This document shows positions 32,388 through 41,349 of a DNA stretch of 64,000 nt, one piece after another. Location: positions 30,345 through 94,344 of the forward strand of contig CAJJBG010000002.1 of assembly GCA_905182345.1 (NCBI GenBank), given 5' to 3'. The first letter of the stretch is position 1; each line of letters starts with the position of its first letter. A model generated the notes under the pieces. The model ran no database searches. It was not told the DNA's origin and saw nothing but the letters and a program-made list of their open reading frames with translations. Made by a program: the position numbers and the translations under genes. The stretch comes from Pelagibacteraceae bacterium AG-422-B15 (GTDB taxonomy: Bacteria > Pseudomonadota > Alphaproteobacteria > Pelagibacterales > AG-422-B15).

Positions 32388-33314
32388 ATGTTAGCTCCAA
32401 GTTATATCTCTAAGGCTTTATTAAGAAGGGGGTATAGTTCAATACCTGGCATTAAGAAGCCAGAGTGGCTTAAGGTTAAAGTTTCTAATTCTAATATTAA
32501 TAATTTTACCAAATCTATCTTAAGTGAAAACAGACTTACAACTGTTTGTGAGGAAGCAGCTTGTCCAAACATACATGAGTGTTGGTCAAAAAAGCATGCA
32601 ACTTTTATGATTTTGGGCGATACCTGCACCAGATCTTGTAGCTTTTGCAACGTTAAAACAGGCATGCCTTCTGCAGTCGATGTCTTTGAGCCTTCTAGGG
32701 TTGCAAATGCCGTTTATGACTTAAATCTTAAACATGTTGTGATTACATCTGTAGATAGAGATGATCTTGATGATGGTGGTGCAATGCAATTTGTAAATGT
32801 AATAAAAGAGATAAAAAATAAATCACCAATTACAACTATTGAAATTCTAACACCAGATTTCTATAAAAAAACAAATGCGTTAGCTTTATTAGATAATGCA
32901 ACTTTTGAAATATTTAACCATAATATAGAAACTGTTCCTAGATTATACAGAAGTGTAAGACCTGGATCTAATTTTAATCGCTCATTAAACTTGTTACTTA
33001 ATGTAAAAAAAATGAATAATAAAATTTTTACTAAGTCTGGAATTATGCTTGGCTTAGGTGAAACCTATGATGAAGTTCTTTTAGCAATGGATTGTCTACT
33101 TGAGCATAATGTAGACTTTTTAACTATTGGACAGTATCTTAGGCCCACCAAATTTCATCATCCAGTTATAAAATATTTAAACATTGACTATTTTTATCAG
33201 TTAAAAAAAGTTGCTTATAAAAAAGGTTTTAAGTTAGTTGCATCTAGTCCTTTTACCCGGTCATCTTTCCATGCCGCTGAGGATTTTGAAAAACTAAAGG
33301 TATTAGCTAGATAG
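32388..33314 (+). CDS. lipA: lipoyl synthase
   Basis: 308 aa. The N-terminal cluster CEEAACPN..EC and the radical-SAM motif CTRSCSFC are present. Confidence 0.95.
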   Translation: MLAPSYISKALLRRGYSSIPGIKKPEWLKVKVSNSNINNFTKSILSENRLTTVCEEAACPNIHECWSKKHATFMILGDTCTRSCSFCNVKTGMPSAVDVFEPSRVANAVYDLNLKHVVITSVDRDDLDDGGAMQFVNVIKEIKNKSPITTIEILTPDFYKKTNALALLDNATFEIFNHNIETVPRLYRSVRPGSNFNRSLNLLLNVKKMNNKIFTKSGIMLGLGETYDEVLLAMDCLLEHNVDFLTIGQYLRPTKFHHPVIKYLNIDYFYQLKKVAYKKGFKLVASSPFTRSSFHAAEDFEKLKVLAR

Positions 33315-33319
33315 TCATA

Positions 33320-33772
33320 ATGCCAACACACAAAGAGACTAAAACAGTTAACTTTACATCAAAACAAATGTTTGATCTTGTTGCCGATATTGATAAATAT
33401 TATGAGTTTCTACCTTGGTGTAACAGTTCCAAGGTAATTAAACGTGAATTAGTTTCTGATAGCTTAGTAAGGTTAATAGCTGATCTTGAAATAGGATATA
33501 AGAATCTTGTTTATGTTTATAGGAGTGATGTTTTGCTAAACAGTAACACCATGGAAATTCAAGTAAATTTTATTGAAGGTCCTTTTAAGTATCTTGTTAA
33601 TAATTGGTTATTTACTTCATTAAATAATGATAATTCAAAAATTGATTTTTATATTGATTTTGAATTAAATGTAAAATTTTTTAATTTTTTGATATCACAG
33701 TTTTTTGATAAGGCTTTCAATAAAATGGTTGGTGCATTTGAGTCTAGGGCTAATCAAATCTATACTCATTAA
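33320..33772 (+). CDS. SRPBCC-fold protein, COQ10/RatA-like (polyketide cyclase/dehydrase family)
   Basis: 150 aa. Motifs Y.EFLPWC and F.F...L are present. The lipA-SRPBCC-cinA neighbourhood is conserved in alphaproteobacteria. Confidence 0.7.
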   Translation: MPTHKETKTVNFTSKQMFDLVADIDKYYEFLPWCNSSKVIKRELVSDSLVRLIADLEIGYKNLVYVYRSDVLLNSNTMEIQVNFIEGPFKYLVNNWLFTSLNNDNSKIDFYIDFELNVKFFNFLISQFFDKAFNKMVGAFESRANQIYTH

Positions 33773-34256
33773 TAATATCAATGAAGCTACCTAGCGCGAA
33801 TGAGACAGATCGTTTCTGTATTGTAAGTCTACTTTTTTTACCAAATCTTTTACATTCAGTAATATATTTTATCTTTTTATCAATTTCTTTTATTCCAAAT
33901 GTAAAATAAACTGTTCCTATTGGGTTAATTATATTTCCACCAAAAGGTCCGGCTACACCTGTTATTGAAACAATCAAATTTGAACTAGTTAATTTGTATA
34001 ATCCTTTTGCCATAGCAAGAGATGTCTCATTGCTAACTGCGCCAAATTTTTTAATAGTCTTTACATCAACTCCTAATATTTTATTTTTTGCTTTATTTGA
34101 ATACGTTATTAAGCCTGCATTAAAATAATTTGATGCACCAGATACCTCAATAATTGAAGTACTAAGTAAGCCACCGGTGCAAGATTCTGCAGCTGATATA
34201 TTGAAATTGTTTTTCTTTGATAATTTACTTAATTTTTTTGAAAGTTCTTTTATCAT
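33750..34256 (-). CDS. pncC: CinA C-terminal-domain protein (nicotinamide-nucleotide amidohydrolase PncC-like)
   Basis: 168 aa. Motifs AESCTGGL, VTGVAGP.GG and GTV are present. Confidence 0.8.
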   Translation of the reverse strand: MIKELSKKLSKLSKKNNFNISAAESCTGGLLSTSIIEVSGASNYFNAGLITYSNKAKNKILGVDVKTIKKFGAVSNETSLAMAKGLYKLTSSNLIVSITGVAGPFGGNIINPIGTVYFTFGIKEIDKKIKYITECKRFGKKSRLTIQKRSVSFALGSFIDIINEYRFD

Positions 34257-34714
34257 TAATAAATAGAATATTTGATTATAAATAAGAATATCAATGCATA
34301 TATGCCAGCAACCACATCATCTAGAATAACACCGAACGCACCATGAAGTTTCTCAGCTTTATTTACTGGATAGATTTTATAAATGTCAAAAAACCTAAAT
34401 AGAATAAAGGAAAATATAATTAAATAATATTCATTAATGGATCCAATTATTAACAGCGGAATGAACTGACCTATAACCTCATCACATATTACTTCAGATG
34501 GGTCATCTTGTTTTGTTTTGTTTATGTAAATATTAACTAAAATATAGCTAACTATAAAATAAACTATAAAAAATATAATAAATCCAATTAATCCAAGGTA
34601 GTAATTTAGACATGCCCAAATTAAGATTCCAGCGATTGATCCAAGGGTACCAGGGGCAATAGGAGATTTACCAATATAAAATAATGTAACAAATATACTT
34701 GAAATATAATTCAT
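34256..34714 (-). CDS. pgpA: phosphatidylglycerophosphatase A
   Basis: 152 aa membrane protein with motifs APGT.GS, CDE..GQ and DI.K..P. Confidence 0.8.
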   Translation of the reverse strand: MNYISSIFVTLFYIGKSPIAPGTLGSIAGILIWACLNYYLGLIGFIIFFIVYFIVSYILVNIYINKTKQDDPSEVICDEVIGQFIPLLIIGSINEYYLIIFSFILFRFFDIYKIYPVNKAEKLHGAFGVILDDVVAGIYALIFLFIIKYSIY

Positions 34715-34717
34715 GAC

Positions 34718-35869
34718 TTAAAATTTGGCTGTTGTTGTTACCCAGCAACTAATGGCTTTAGACTTGCCAATTAGACCTAAGTAATCAGTTGTTTTAGCTT
34801 TTATATTGATTTTAGAAATATTAATTTTAGTTAATTTAGCAATATTTAATTTTATCATATTTTTATAATTCTTAAGATTAGGTGATTGGCAAATAATTGT
34901 AATATCGATATTCGATATTATACCTAAAGTTTGATTAAAAAGTTTCATTGTGTCTATTAAAAAAGCAGTGGATGCAAAATCTTTATATTTTCCTTCAGAG
35001 GATGGAAAGTGGGTACCAATATCATCCTTGTTAATTGTACCTAAAATTGAATCACATAAAGCATGTAGCACAACATCACCATCTGAATGTCCTATTAATC
35101 TAAACTTTGACTTAATAATAATACCGCCTAGATAGATTCCTGTTCCAGGACCTAATTTATGTACATCAAAACCATTGCCAACTTTAAATGTAATATTGCC
35201 AGATCTAATTTTTTTGTATAATTCAAGATCATTAGTATTTGTAATTTTAATGTTTTCTACATCTCCTAAAATATATTCACCTTTTTTTATTCCATAAATT
35301 TCTGCCAATTGAGCATCATCAGTAATTTTATTATTATTAAAATAAAGCCTAGAGACCTTATTGAACTTAAACGCCTGAGGTGTTTGTGTTAAAATTAGAT
35401 TATCTCGTTTAAGTGTTTTAAAGTTATTATCAGACTTTTTTTTAAGAGTATCACTAAGCAATAAGTAGGGAACAACAAAATTAATATCATTATTAGAAAT
35501 TAGGCTTTTTATCTTTTTTAATAATTTTATAGAGACGTTTGGTCTAGCTCCATCATGAATTAAAATATTATCGGGTCTAATATTTCTTTCATTTATATAA
35601 ATAATAGCATTTCTAACACTTTCTTTCCTAGTGTTTCCACCAGATACAAACTCATTATCAGTATATTTATTGAGTGAAATAATTTCCCTATTTTTGAATA
35701 GTTCTTTAGGTATGACTATTAATAATTCAGATGACTTAAAGACAAGAGAAATTTTTTTTAACACATGTTCTAACAATGTCTGGTTATCAACTTTTATTAG
35801 TTGTTTGTGTATTTTATTACTTAGTCTAGATCCCTTGCCTCCGGCTAAAATAATGACAATTGTTTTCAT
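34718..35869 (-). CDS. ispDF: bifunctional 2-C-methyl-D-erythritol 4-phosphate cytidylyltransferase / MEcPP synthase
   Basis: 383 aa. The N-terminal IspD carries AGG.G.R and the C-terminal IspF carries GNGFDVH, GHSDGDV..HA. This fusion is typical of alphaproteobacteria. Confidence 0.93.
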   Translation of the reverse strand: MKTIVIILAGGKGSRLSNKIHKQLIKVDNQTLLEHVLKKISLVFKSSELLIVIPKELFKNREIISLNKYTDNEFVSGGNTRKESVRNAIIYINERNIRPDNILIHDGARPNVSIKLLKKIKSLISNNDINFVVPYLLLSDTLKKKSDNNFKTLKRDNLILTQTPQAFKFNKVSRLYFNNNKITDDAQLAEIYGIKKGEYILGDVENIKITNTNDLELYKKIRSGNITFKVGNGFDVHKLGPGTGIYLGGIIIKSKFRLIGHSDGDVVLHALCDSILGTINKDDIGTHFPSSEGKYKDFASTAFLIDTMKLFNQTLGIISNIDITIICQSPNLKNYKNMIKLNIAKLTKINISKINIKAKTTDYLGLIGKSKAISCWVTTTAKF

Positions 35870-35922
35870 ATAATAAATGATTAATAAATTTTATTTTTAT
35901 AGTATATTAAGCTACTTTGATA

Positions 35923-35941
35923 AATTCAATAACATTGAATT
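35923..35941. repeat. perfect 8-bp inverted repeat AATTCAAT-aac-ATTGAATT in the divergent ispDF/ntrY promoter region
   Basis: The palindrome was read directly from the sequence and is the only one of this length I saw in the 106-bp spacer. The function is unknown; it could be a dimeric regulator site or a chance occurrence in AT-rich DNA. Confidence 0.2.
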
Positions 35942-35975
35942 AATAAATTTTAACTGAATTTAATATATCTGATAA

Positions 35976-37763
35976 ATGATTACTAATTTAACAAAAAAAT
36001 TCATTTCTAATTGGAGAATTATATCGTTATTAATAATTTCATCCTTTTGTGTTATTTTTGCTTTTATTATTTTGGTTATTCAGCGCTCAAACATAAGCCA
36101 AAACAACAATCTTGATGAGTTATTAATAATATTATCGTTAATATTTATATCATTGATCTTATTTATATTTATCCACTACATATATAGACTCTTAGTTCCG
36201 ATTAATAAAAGAAAAGTTAAGTCGTTTAATAATAAATTTTCAATTTACTTCATAGGAATTGCACTAACCCCAGCTTTAATTGCCGGTTTGCTTGGCTTAG
36301 TTTTAGTTAATATTAGTATTGATGATTGGTTTAATAAAAAAATTAAATCAGTAATTAACAATTCTTTAAATGTTGCTGAGGGATATATAAGAGAACACAA
36401 CAATTCAATTAAAAGTGATGTTTATGCGATGTCCAATGATTTAAATAGAAATTATCAAATATATGTAAGTAATCGATTTAAATTTGAAGCTTATTTTGAG
36501 AGACAGTCTATACTTAGATCTCTTCCAGAGGCATACATAGTTAACGGTAAAGGTGAGGTACTAATGGGTAAAACTGCATCTTTATTTACGCAATATTTTA
36601 AACCACGTAAAGAAGCTTTGGAACGTGCTTATAATGGTGAGTTAGCAATAATGACCTCAACATCTGTTAATAAAGTTTATGCACTTATAAAGCTACCCAA
36701 TTTCATAGATTCCTATCTTTATATAGGAAAATCACTTGATCCTGAGGTTACAAAGGCTTTTGATGAAACAAAATCAGCAGTTAATGAATATTCTGAGCTA
36801 GAAAAAAATAGAGCTGAAATCGGAATTGTTTTTATGTTTATATATATATTAGCCATAATCATTCTTGTAATAATATCTATTCTATTTGGACTAAAATTTT
36901 CCAATAGAATAGTCAAGCCAATAAATGATGTAATTGATGCAACAAAAACAATTCGCAAAGGTAATTTTAATATCCAGCTTGGAAAAACAAATGATTTTAT
37001 TGAATTAAATTCACTAAGTGATTCATTTAACACCATGAGCTCAGAACTTATTGTTCAGCGTAACTTACTTTCAAGTGCAGAAAAGCATGCTGCATGGTCT
37101 GAAATAGCTAAAACCCTTGCACATGAGATAAAAAATCCTTTGACCCCAATACAATTATCTGCTGATAGATTGAGAAAAAAAATTATTGAATCAAATCTTA
37201 ATGATACGTCATTGATAGAATGTATTGACGTCATTACCAGACAAGTATCAGATATTGGAAAATTAGTAAATAATTTCTCAGACTTTGCAAGAATGCCAAA
37301 GCCTATATTTCTATTAAATGATTTAAACTTAATTATTTCAAACTCTGTCTCAGTAAAATTGATAACATGTGATAATAAGATTGATATTAACTTTAATAAC
37401 AAAAATCTATATTTAATGAAGTCAGATGAGCTTCAACTAACACAAGTGTTCAATAATATTTTACAAAACTCTATAAATTCAATTGAAGATAGTGGAATTA
37501 AGAATGGATTAATTGATGTTAATACTATTATGCATAATAATATCTATTCTGTGCTTATATCAGATAATGGATCTGGAATTAATAATACTCAATCTGAAAT
37601 AATTGAACCTTATTTTACTACTAGAAAAAAAATGGGAGGTACAGGTCTAGGTTTATCTATTGTTAATAAAATTATAACTGATCACGATGGAATATTTGAA
37701 ATAAATAATAATAAAGAAGCGGGAGCTACTGTGAAAATAACTTTTAATAATATAAATGAATAG
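35976..37763 (+). CDS. ntrY: sensor histidine kinase NtrY (no PAS domain)
   Basis: 595 aa with N-terminal TM segments, an extracytoplasmic segment, a TM and a HAMP domain. The H-box AHEIKNPLTPI follows about 20 aa after HAMP, and a C-terminal HATPase carries the G-box GGTGLGLSI. ntrX follows with an 8-nt overlap. Confidence 0.85.
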   Translation: MITNLTKKFISNWRIISLLIISSFCVIFAFIILVIQRSNISQNNNLDELLIILSLIFISLILFIFIHYIYRLLVPINKRKVKSFNNKFSIYFIGIALTPALIAGLLGLVLVNISIDDWFNKKIKSVINNSLNVAEGYIREHNNSIKSDVYAMSNDLNRNYQIYVSNRFKFEAYFERQSILRSLPEAYIVNGKGEVLMGKTASLFTQYFKPRKEALERAYNGELAIMTSTSVNKVYALIKLPNFIDSYLYIGKSLDPEVTKAFDETKSAVNEYSELEKNRAEIGIVFMFIYILAIIILVIISILFGLKFSNRIVKPINDVIDATKTIRKGNFNIQLGKTNDFIELNSLSDSFNTMSSELIVQRNLLSSAEKHAAWSEIAKTLAHEIKNPLTPIQLSADRLRKKIIESNLNDTSLIECIDVITRQVSDIGKLVNNFSDFARMPKPIFLLNDLNLIISNSVSVKLITCDNKIDINFNNKNLYLMKSDELQLTQVFNNILQNSINSIEDSGIKNGLIDVNTIMHNNIYSVLISDNGSGINNTQSEIIEPYFTTRKKMGGTGLGLSIVNKIITDHDGIFEINNNKEAGATVKITFNNINE

Positions 37764-39087
37764 AATTTTAATTATAGATGATGAAGTTGATATTAGGGAA
37801 TCTATATCAGCAATTCTGGTGGATGAAGGTTTTTTATGTACAAACGTTTCTAATTCTAAAGATGCTTTAAAGGCTATTGATAATTTATCTTTTGATTTAA
37901 TTATTTTAGATGTTTGGTTAAATGATCCTGATTATGATGGAATTAAATTACTTAGATTGATAAAAAAAAAGGACATTAATGCACCTATTGTAATAATATC
38001 TGGACATGGAAATATTGATATGGCTGTTGAAGCAATAAAAGATGGAGCCTATGAGTTTATAGAAAAGCCTTTTAAAAGCGAAAGATTGTTACTCTCTGTT
38101 AGTAGGGCTTTAGAAGTAAACTTAATAAGAGAAGAAAATAAAGTGTTGAGAGAGGTGGGCCTAAATAACGATGAGTTCATTGGAAAATCTACTATAACAG
38201 TTAAAATTATTGAGATAGTTAACAAAATTGCAGCAACCTCAAGTAGAATTCTAATAACAGGTGAATCTGGGGTAGGTAAAGACTTAATAGCAAGGGAAAT
38301 TCACAAAAAGTCATTAGTAAAATCTGGTCCCTTTATTGTAATCAACGCAGCATTGCTAGAGCCTGAAGGAATTGAAAATGAATTATTTGGTACTGAAGAA
38401 AATAACTTAATTAAACATACTGGATTATTTGAAAAAGCTAATAATGGAACGCTATTTATTGATGAAGTTGGGGAAATGCCGTACCAAACTCAAAGTAAAA
38501 TATTAAGAGTACTAACGGAGCAGTCATTTTCAAGAATTGGCGGTGAAAAAACCATTAATATTGAGGCGAGAATTATTTCATCATCTACTAAAGATCTAGA
38601 ACTTGCTATTGATTCAGGTGAATTCAGAAAAGATTTATACCATAGACTCAATGTTGTTAATCTTCATCTTCCAAAACTTAGTGATCGCTTAGAAGATTTG
38701 GATGATTTAATTCAATATTTTTCTACAAAGTTTTCAAATTCTAATGGTATTCCCTATAAAGATATCCGAAATATAATAAACGTTAAATACAAACATCACG
38801 ATTGGCCAGGCAATATAAGAGAGCTTAAAAATACTGTTGAAAGAGAGTTAATTATTGGTGAAAAGCTTGATGATTTAGATAATAATAATTTAAATAATGA
38901 ACTCGACCAAAAGAATGTTATATCTATGCCGATTAAAAATGCTCGTGAAATATTTGAGAGAAATTATTTAGTGTCGCAAATAAAAAGATTTAATGGAAAC
39001 ATTTCAAAAACAGCTGTGTTTATTGGCATGGAGCGATCTGCGCTACATAGAAAACTTAAGCAGTTAAAAATTAATAATATAGAGTAA
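37756..39087 (+). CDS. ntrX: response regulator NtrX (receiver + AAA+ + HTH; GAFTGA absent)
   Basis: 443 aa with receiver Asp (LIILDVWL) and Walker A GESGVGKD. ELFGTEENNLIKHTGLFEKA replaces the GAFTGA loop. A C-terminal Fis-type HTH is present. Confidence 0.85.
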   Translation: MNRILIIDDEVDIRESISAILVDEGFLCTNVSNSKDALKAIDNLSFDLIILDVWLNDPDYDGIKLLRLIKKKDINAPIVIISGHGNIDMAVEAIKDGAYEFIEKPFKSERLLLSVSRALEVNLIREENKVLREVGLNNDEFIGKSTITVKIIEIVNKIAATSSRILITGESGVGKDLIAREIHKKSLVKSGPFIVINAALLEPEGIENELFGTEENNLIKHTGLFEKANNGTLFIDEVGEMPYQTQSKILRVLTEQSFSRIGGEKTINIEARIISSSTKDLELAIDSGEFRKDLYHRLNVVNLHLPKLSDRLEDLDDLIQYFSTKFSNSNGIPYKDIRNIINVKYKHHDWPGNIRELKNTVERELIIGEKLDDLDNNNLNNELDQKNVISMPIKNAREIFERNYLVSQIKRFNGNISKTAVFIGMERSALHRKLKQLKINNIE

Positions 39088-39091
39088 TCAT

Positions 39092-40483
39092 ATGAGGGTT
39101 ATTATTTGTGGTGCAGGTAAAGTTGGGTCTAGCATAGCCAAACATTTGGTTGACCAAAATAATGATGTAACTGTTATTGATCAGTCTGAAGACTTAATTT
39201 CAAAACTAAGTGAAAATCTTGATTTAAATACAATTGTTGGGTCCGCTTCATACCCTTCAATTCTTGCTAAGGCTGGCGCTAAAGATGCTGATATGATCAT
39301 TGCAGTTACGCTTCAGGATGAAGTTAATATGGTTGCATGTCAGATGGCTCATACTTTTTTTAAGATACCAAGAAAGATTGCCAGACTAAGATCAGAGGAT
39401 TTTTTGAATCCGATTTGGCGTAATTTATATAACGCTGATAATATACCTATAGATCTAATTATTAGCCCTGAGTTAGAGGTGGCAAGATCAATCATTAGAC
39501 AACTTAACACACCCGATGCATTTGAAATTGTTCCTTTTTGTAATGATAAAGTTCAATTAGTAGGCATAATAATAAATGAAAACTGTCCATTAATTGATAC
39601 TGAGTTAAAAAATATTCATGATATTTTTCAATCAGAAGATAACGAAGATAAAAATTTACGTGTATCAATAGTAGCTATCATAAGAAATAATAAATTATTT
39701 ATACCAAATAAGTCCGAAAGTTTGTTAATAGACGATAAGGTTTATCTAACTGCAGATAAACTGCATCTTGATAGAACGATGTCAGCTTTTGGACTTGAAG
39801 AAAAGCCCATTGGCAAGCTTTTAATCATAGGTGGTGGAAATATTGGTTTTAATATAGCTAAAGAATTAGAATTAAATAAGTCAAATATTTCAGTTACATT
39901 AATAGAAAAAGATATCGCCAGGGCATCGAAAATTGCTGATAACTTGCAACATTCTCTTGTGTTGCAAGGAGATGGTTTGGATCAAGAACTACTTAGTGAG
40001 GCTGGTATTGCTGCTTCAGATATGATTTTAGCATTAACTAATGATGACGAGACAAATATAATTATTTCTGCAATTGCAAGAAAAAATGACTGTAAGTCGC
40101 TAATTCTAATTAATAATTCTGATTATAATAATATTAAGGATGTTTTAGGAATTGATCGTATTATTGATCCTAGAATGACAACTGTGTCTAAAATTTTAAA
40201 ACATGTTCATAAGGGTAAAATTGAATCTGTTTACTCAATAGGTAATGGTGATGCAGAAATTATTCATGCTGAAGCAACCAAAGCCTCTACATTAATCAAT
40301 AAACCACTTAGTGAAACCGATATGCCTGATGGAATTAAAATTGGTATTATTATTAAGAATGATCAAATTATTATTCCTGATAAAAATTCAATTATTGAAG
40401 TAGGTGATAATGTTATCTTTATTACAATGCTAAAAGATGTTGCTAGAGCTGAAGAACTATTTCAGATAAGAGGTACATACTAA
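39092..40483 (+). CDS. trkA: Trk potassium uptake system NAD-binding subunit TrkA
   Basis: 463 aa with two tandem RCK/TrkA-N Rossmann domains (ICGAGKVG and IIGGGNIG). Confidence 0.9.
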   Translation: MRVIICGAGKVGSSIAKHLVDQNNDVTVIDQSEDLISKLSENLDLNTIVGSASYPSILAKAGAKDADMIIAVTLQDEVNMVACQMAHTFFKIPRKIARLRSEDFLNPIWRNLYNADNIPIDLIISPELEVARSIIRQLNTPDAFEIVPFCNDKVQLVGIIINENCPLIDTELKNIHDIFQSEDNEDKNLRVSIVAIIRNNKLFIPNKSESLLIDDKVYLTADKLHLDRTMSAFGLEEKPIGKLLIIGGGNIGFNIAKELELNKSNISVTLIEKDIARASKIADNLQHSLVLQGDGLDQELLSEAGIAASDMILALTNDDETNIIISAIARKNDCKSLILINNSDYNNIKDVLGIDRIIDPRMTTVSKILKHVHKGKIESVYSIGNGDAEIIHAEATKASTLINKPLSETDMPDGIKIGIIIKNDQIIIPDKNSIIEVGDNVIFITMLKDVARAEELFQIRGTY

Positions 40484-40485
40484 TC

Positions 40486-41343
40486 TTGTCTAGAGTTGCA
40501 TTTGTTAATGGTAAGTACTGTGATTTTAAAAAATCAAAAGTTCACATTGAGGATCGTGGATACCAATTTGCTGATGGTGTGTACGAAGTGTTTACTGTAT
40601 TTGATAATAATCTTGTTGATTATAATGCCCATCTACAAAGATTATTTCGATCCTTGTCAGAATTAAGTATAAAAACTCCAATAGCTAAAAAAGCTTATTT
40701 ATTTCATATTCAGAAAATCATTAAACTAAATTTAATTAATAATGGCTTAGTTTATTTGCAAGTAACAAGAGGGGTAGCAAGTCGTGACTTTAAGTACTCA
40801 GATTCAATTAAATCTTCAATTACAATAACTGGAAAGATTATTTCAGATGATACCTTTAATCATTCGGTTTTCAATGGAATTAATGTAACCACTACCAAAG
40901 ACCTTAGGTGGAAAAGGTGTGATATCAAAAGTTTAAATCTTTTGCCAGCAGTTCTTGCTAAACAGGTGGCTTTTAATAATGGTTCTAAAGAAGCCTGGTT
41001 AGTAGGTGATGATGGTTTTATTACAGAAGGCAGCTCTAGTAATGCATGGATACTAGATAAAAATAATATCCTTCGAACTACACCAAAGAACAGTAATATT
41101 CTTGGAGGAATAACTAGAGAAAGTCTTATTAGAGGTCTCAAGACTCATGGAATTAAATTCAAAGAATCAAAATTTAATCTTATTGATATAAAGAATGCTA
41201 AGGAGGCCTTTATAACAAGTGCAACTACATTTGTAACACCAGTAATTAAGGTGAATAATATTAAGATAGGCAATGGTAAGCCAGGTAAGTTTGCACTAGT
41301 TTTTTTAGATATATATAAAAAATCAGCTATTTTTTCTAAATAG
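40486..41343 (+). CDS. dat: class IV aminotransferase (D-amino-acid/branched-chain family)
   Basis: 285 aa with a TTG start. Motifs EDRGYQFADGVYE and the fold-type IV signature E.SSSN are present. The position between trkA and hflX is conserved. Confidence 0.8.
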   Translation: MSRVAFVNGKYCDFKKSKVHIEDRGYQFADGVYEVFTVFDNNLVDYNAHLQRLFRSLSELSIKTPIAKKAYLFHIQKIIKLNLINNGLVYLQVTRGVASRDFKYSDSIKSSITITGKIISDDTFNHSVFNGINVTTTKDLRWKRCDIKSLNLLPAVLAKQVAFNNGSKEAWLVGDDGFITEGSSSNAWILDKNNILRTTPKNSNILGGITRESLIRGLKTHGIKFKESKFNLIDIKNAKEAFITSATTFVTPVIKVNNIKIGNGKPGKFALVFLDIYKKSAIFSK

Positions 41344-41349
41344 ATAGTT

